A stretch of 64,000 nt of DNA from a virus, in the IMG/VR virus record IMGVR_UViG_3300028800_000059, positions 1-64,000 of that record. The stretch is one strand, 5' to 3'. Below are positions 61,381 to 64,000 of this stretch, in pieces (positions within the stretch are counted from its first letter, which is position 1; the number at the start of each line of letters is the position of its first letter). The notes below the pieces were generated by a model. The model was not told where the DNA came from, made no database searches, and saw only the letters and a list, made by a program, of their open reading frames with translations. Position numbers and translations under genes: made by a program.

Positions 61381-62406
61381 TCAGAATTTTTTCCATCGGG
61401 AGATTTCAAACTTTGCTTGAATACCTGAATATGTATATTTATCTATTAGGCCTTGTACGAAAGACGGAGAAAGATTTCCGTCCTTGATCATGTCATTGAT
61501 ATCCTTAAATCCTTCCAGTTGCTTCGGCCAAACACAAATATCAAATTTAAGATCAATAGATTTTTCCATGTTATGAACCACTTCACGATTGCGTGGCTCG
61601 TTATCATAGACCAAAACTGTATTAGGAGCGTTCACCCAACGCCTCACGTTATAAAGTGCCGAGTCGGTAGTTGCAATTCCATTTTGCAAAAACATTGCAT
61701 CGAATGGACCTTCGACAACATAAATTCTTTTTGTTAAATCGATTCTGTTCAATCCCCATACCTTAGGATTTTCTTCGTCTAATTTAATCGTGATATATTT
61801 TATGGATTTATCTACCTTTAAGAGAGAACGGCCTTGAAATCCAATCAGTAAATTGTTAGCATCAAAAAACGGGATGATAATCCTGGGTTCTTCATTAGGG
61901 AAAGTCTCCACGTCTTTGCCTGGGACCATGTGGCGCACTGTGTCCTTGAAATCAGAACAAAAGCTAATGTCGGATAAAAAATCTGTAGGAATTTTGCGAT
62001 CCAATATGTAACGAACTGCCCAGTGGTCTTTAGGTAGATCGGAGATTCTATCGCAACCAAATAAGGACCTCGCGGATCGAGGGGCGCTAATTGGAGGGTC
62101 GATCCTAACACTTCGATCTTCCGTTCTTTTGTTATCATGCTCATATTTCTCCATCACGAATTGTTTGTATAGCGTCGGGTCAAGGTGTTTTAGAAACTTA
62201 CCAAAGGTCGTTCCTGTCTCGCAATTATGACAACGAAAAAACAGATTGTTTTCCTTGCGATAGATATAGCCTCGCGCCTTCGAAGTTGATTTTTTTGAGT
62301 CGCCACAATACGGGCACCGACAATTCCATAAGAACTCGGATTTTTGTTTGAATTTGTCTAGTCTGGACGAGACCAGAGACAAGAATTTTTTATCTGTGTA
62401 TATCAT
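61381..62406 (-). CDS. gp61: DNA primase, T4 gp61-like
   Basis: CRCPYCGDSKKS..KARGY...F.CHNC zinc ribbon; IIIPF..GFQGR; VVEGPFD.MF; D.E.RN; KDINDM. Confidence 0.93.
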   Translation of the reverse strand: MIYTDKKFLSLVSSRLDKFKQKSEFLWNCRCPYCGDSKKSTSKARGYIYRKENNLFFRCHNCETGTTFGKFLKHLDPTLYKQFVMEKYEHDNKRTEDRSVRIDPPISAPRSARSLFGCDRISDLPKDHWAVRYILDRKIPTDFLSDISFCSDFKDTVRHMVPGKDVETFPNEEPRIIIPFFDANNLLIGFQGRSLLKVDKSIKYITIKLDEENPKVWGLNRIDLTKRIYVVEGPFDAMFLQNGIATTDSALYNVRRWVNAPNTVLVYDNEPRNREVVHNMEKSIDLKFDICVWPKQLEGFKDINDMIKDGNLSPSFVQGLIDKYTYSGIQAKFEISRWKKF

Positions 62407-62419
62407 AGGAAGACCCTGT

Positions 62420-62447
62420 ATTATAGACCTTTACAAGGCGAAGTCAA
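62420..62447 (-). promoter_or_regulatory. Sigma70 promoter for primase
   Basis: TTGACT-16-TATAAT. Confidence 0.65.
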
Positions 62448-62455
62448 GAAAGACT

Positions 62456-62881
62456 TTATCGTTTAGGTAGAGGCGGTAAACCTAAAGAGGCTGGCGTTTG
62501 ATTTTGAAAAAATTCAAAAAATTTGACCAAATCAATATGTCCCACAAACCACGAAAATACATAGGCACCACCAATGATCATCCAGTGCCATGTTTTCAGT
62601 TCATCGATAAAGTTACCAATGCTCTTTTTTTGTTTAAGAGTTATTCCATCATAATTGCCGTTGCCGTTTTTCTTTTTGGCAATTTTTAATTCGGTAATAT
62701 CTTCTTCAAGGTATTTGAATTTTTGCTCGTGGAGTTCTATGAGCCGAGTCAATGATTGAGAAACTCCTTCAAGTTTTTCCAAAGTCTGATCGAGTTTATC
62801 CACGACCTTACTTAGAATAATAACGTCCTTTTGGAGGCCGGCAATATTAATTGCGGTCTGAAATTCTTCATTCGACGGCAT
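62456..62881 (-). CDS. Coiled-coil membrane protein in the lysis cassette
   Basis: Heptad region and C-terminal TM. Confidence 0.55.
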   Translation of the reverse strand: MPSNEEFQTAINIAGLQKDVIILSKVVDKLDQTLEKLEGVSQSLTRLIELHEQKFKYLEEDITELKIAKKKNGNGNYDGITLKQKKSIGNFIDELKTWHWMIIGGAYVFSWFVGHIDLVKFFEFFQNQTPASLGLPPLPKR

Positions 62882-63492
62882 TAGTTAGTCGCACTTGGAT
62901 TAGTGAAACCTGGATTGTTTAATTGGTTCCAACGGATGATCATCGAATTAGTCAATGGTTTCTTAGTATCAGCCATTGCCTGGTCATAGGTTCTTTGTGT
63001 ATTAATGGTTTGAATTGTATTTTGAACTTGTGCCAAAAGGTCTGACGAAACAGCATTGCCAACACCTGGTTTTGCGTCAAGTAACATACGAGAACCAAAC
63101 CAGAAGCCAACAATGGCCAAAAGAATGTACCACATGTTGGATGGCATTAACGCAAGAGCGGCCATGTCAGCCGAGAATTTTACTGGATCGGCTACACAAT
63201 ACACAAACAAAGCGATAGTGCCATAAGTGAAAATAGGACGAACCAAACGATTCATTCCATCAACAAAAATATTGAACCATTCTTTCTTTTCGGGCGCGGC
63301 CATTTCGGCAGCATAAGATGCCTGCACGGCTTGTTGTTCGGCCGACATTGCAGTTTCTGTCTGTGCCGCAAGAGCGGCGGATGCTGTGTCGCGCTGAAGT
63401 TTTGATCCCCAAATAGAAGTGATAATAGTATTGATGCCACTTGCCAGAGCGCCAAAACCACCACTAAAGAAGCTTAAAAGAAAGGTCCACAT
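62881..63492 (-). CDS. Holin, 3TM GTA-type
   Basis: NRLVRPIFTY...P...W.IL....FWFGSR; follows the endolysin. Confidence 0.75.
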   Translation of the reverse strand: MWTFLLSFFSGGFGALASGINTIITSIWGSKLQRDTASAALAAQTETAMSAEQQAVQASYAAEMAAPEKKEWFNIFVDGMNRLVRPIFTYGTIALFVYCVADPVKFSADMAALALMPSNMWYILLAIVGFWFGSRMLLDAKPGVGNAVSSDLLAQVQNTIQTINTQRTYDQAMADTKKPLTNSMIIRWNQLNNPGFTNPSATN

Positions 63493-63493
63493 G

Positions 63494-64000
63494 TTAGTTG
63501 CTGGTTACTCCTGGAATTGGCTGTGAAAATGATTCGGCTCGATTAATCCAGCCAATCAAAAATACTTGTTGTGACGGATCATTCGCGACTCGATCCTTAT
63601 AATAACTCACTCGTTCCTCGACAAATGCATTAGTGAAATATGGACCCATGGCAACATAAGCCTTGGTAATTGCCCCTTGCGATTGTGGACCCAGAACACC
63701 ATCCTGATCGATTGGACCAAATCCAGCCTGATTGACTATTTGTTGCATGATCTGAATACTCCAAGCTGGACCATGAAGAATTCCTGTATCAACCGCGATT
63801 GATTGAAGGCCTGTTGGAAGAGAATCAAATCTTGGTTTCAAATAGTAATTTCGATAGTAAATTTCTTCGGCCTGATCCACACTCAAATTTCGAACATCAT
63901 CAATACTGGCTTGCCGACCCATATACGTGGAAAGAGTTCTTTGGGTAATTCCCATGTTAGTGGCACCACCAGCATCGGCCGGCTGATTAGAAAAACCACC
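63494..64000 (-). CDS. Endolysin, glycoside hydrolase 108 with PG-binding domain (5' end outside the window)
   Basis: GGFSN.P.D.GG.TN.GIT..T, A..IY...Y, DG..GP, F..GW.NR. Confidence 0.85.
   Translation of the reverse strand, partial: GGFSNQPADAGGATNMGITQRTLSTYMGRQASIDDVRNLSVDQAEEIYYRNYYLKPRFDSLPTGLQSIAVDTGILHGPAWSIQIMQQIVNQAGFGPIDQDGVLGPQSQGAITKAYVAMGPYFTNAFVEERVSYYKDRVANDPSQQVFLIGWINRAESFSQPIPGVTSN

Noticed and set aside
1-64000. Genome-wide stop-codon reassignment (prompted by the CUA-loop element)
   Set aside because: Long conserved genes (nrdJ, primase, rnlA, gp32) read through in the standard code, and TAG terminates several genes (8710, 33629, 57040)

Overview
A 64-kb segment of a large, AT-rich T4-like myovirus (Straboviridae/Kyanoviridae-like architecture). 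The host is probably an alphaproteobacterium, inferred from a circularly permuted two-piece tmRNA. Left arm: T4-type tail/baseplate and packaging genes (gp48, gp4, gp2, gp54, gp26, gp51, a tape-measure-like protein with a lysozyme domain), interrupted by a GC-rich mosaic of small early genes and a galE island. Next come replication/transcription genes (gp32, gp59, gp33), tmRNA, an exonuclease, PhoH, a DegP protease and an RNA-repair set (kinase, RNA ligase 1, 3'-phosphatase). About 35 kb of minus-strand early/accessory genes follow. They carry 28 recognisable tRNAs, several tRNA-like oddities, homing endonucleases, a MotA/MotB-like membrane triad, a second RNA ligase and candidate counter-defence enzymes. 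The window ends with a RuvC-like resolvase, class II ribonucleotide reductase, primase and a holin/GH108 endolysin cassette. Most striking: (1) a ~2.4-kb nearly protein-free RNA locus (25790-28200) holding a ~950-nt ornate ncRNA candidate with a tRNA-like domain on a 24-bp stalk, plus other structured RNAs and a CUA-loop tRNA mimic; (2) a textbook -1 frameshift signal joining gp26 to gp51; (3) a permuted tmRNA with a 32-residue tag. All calls are from reading the sequence by eye; no searches or folding programs were run.
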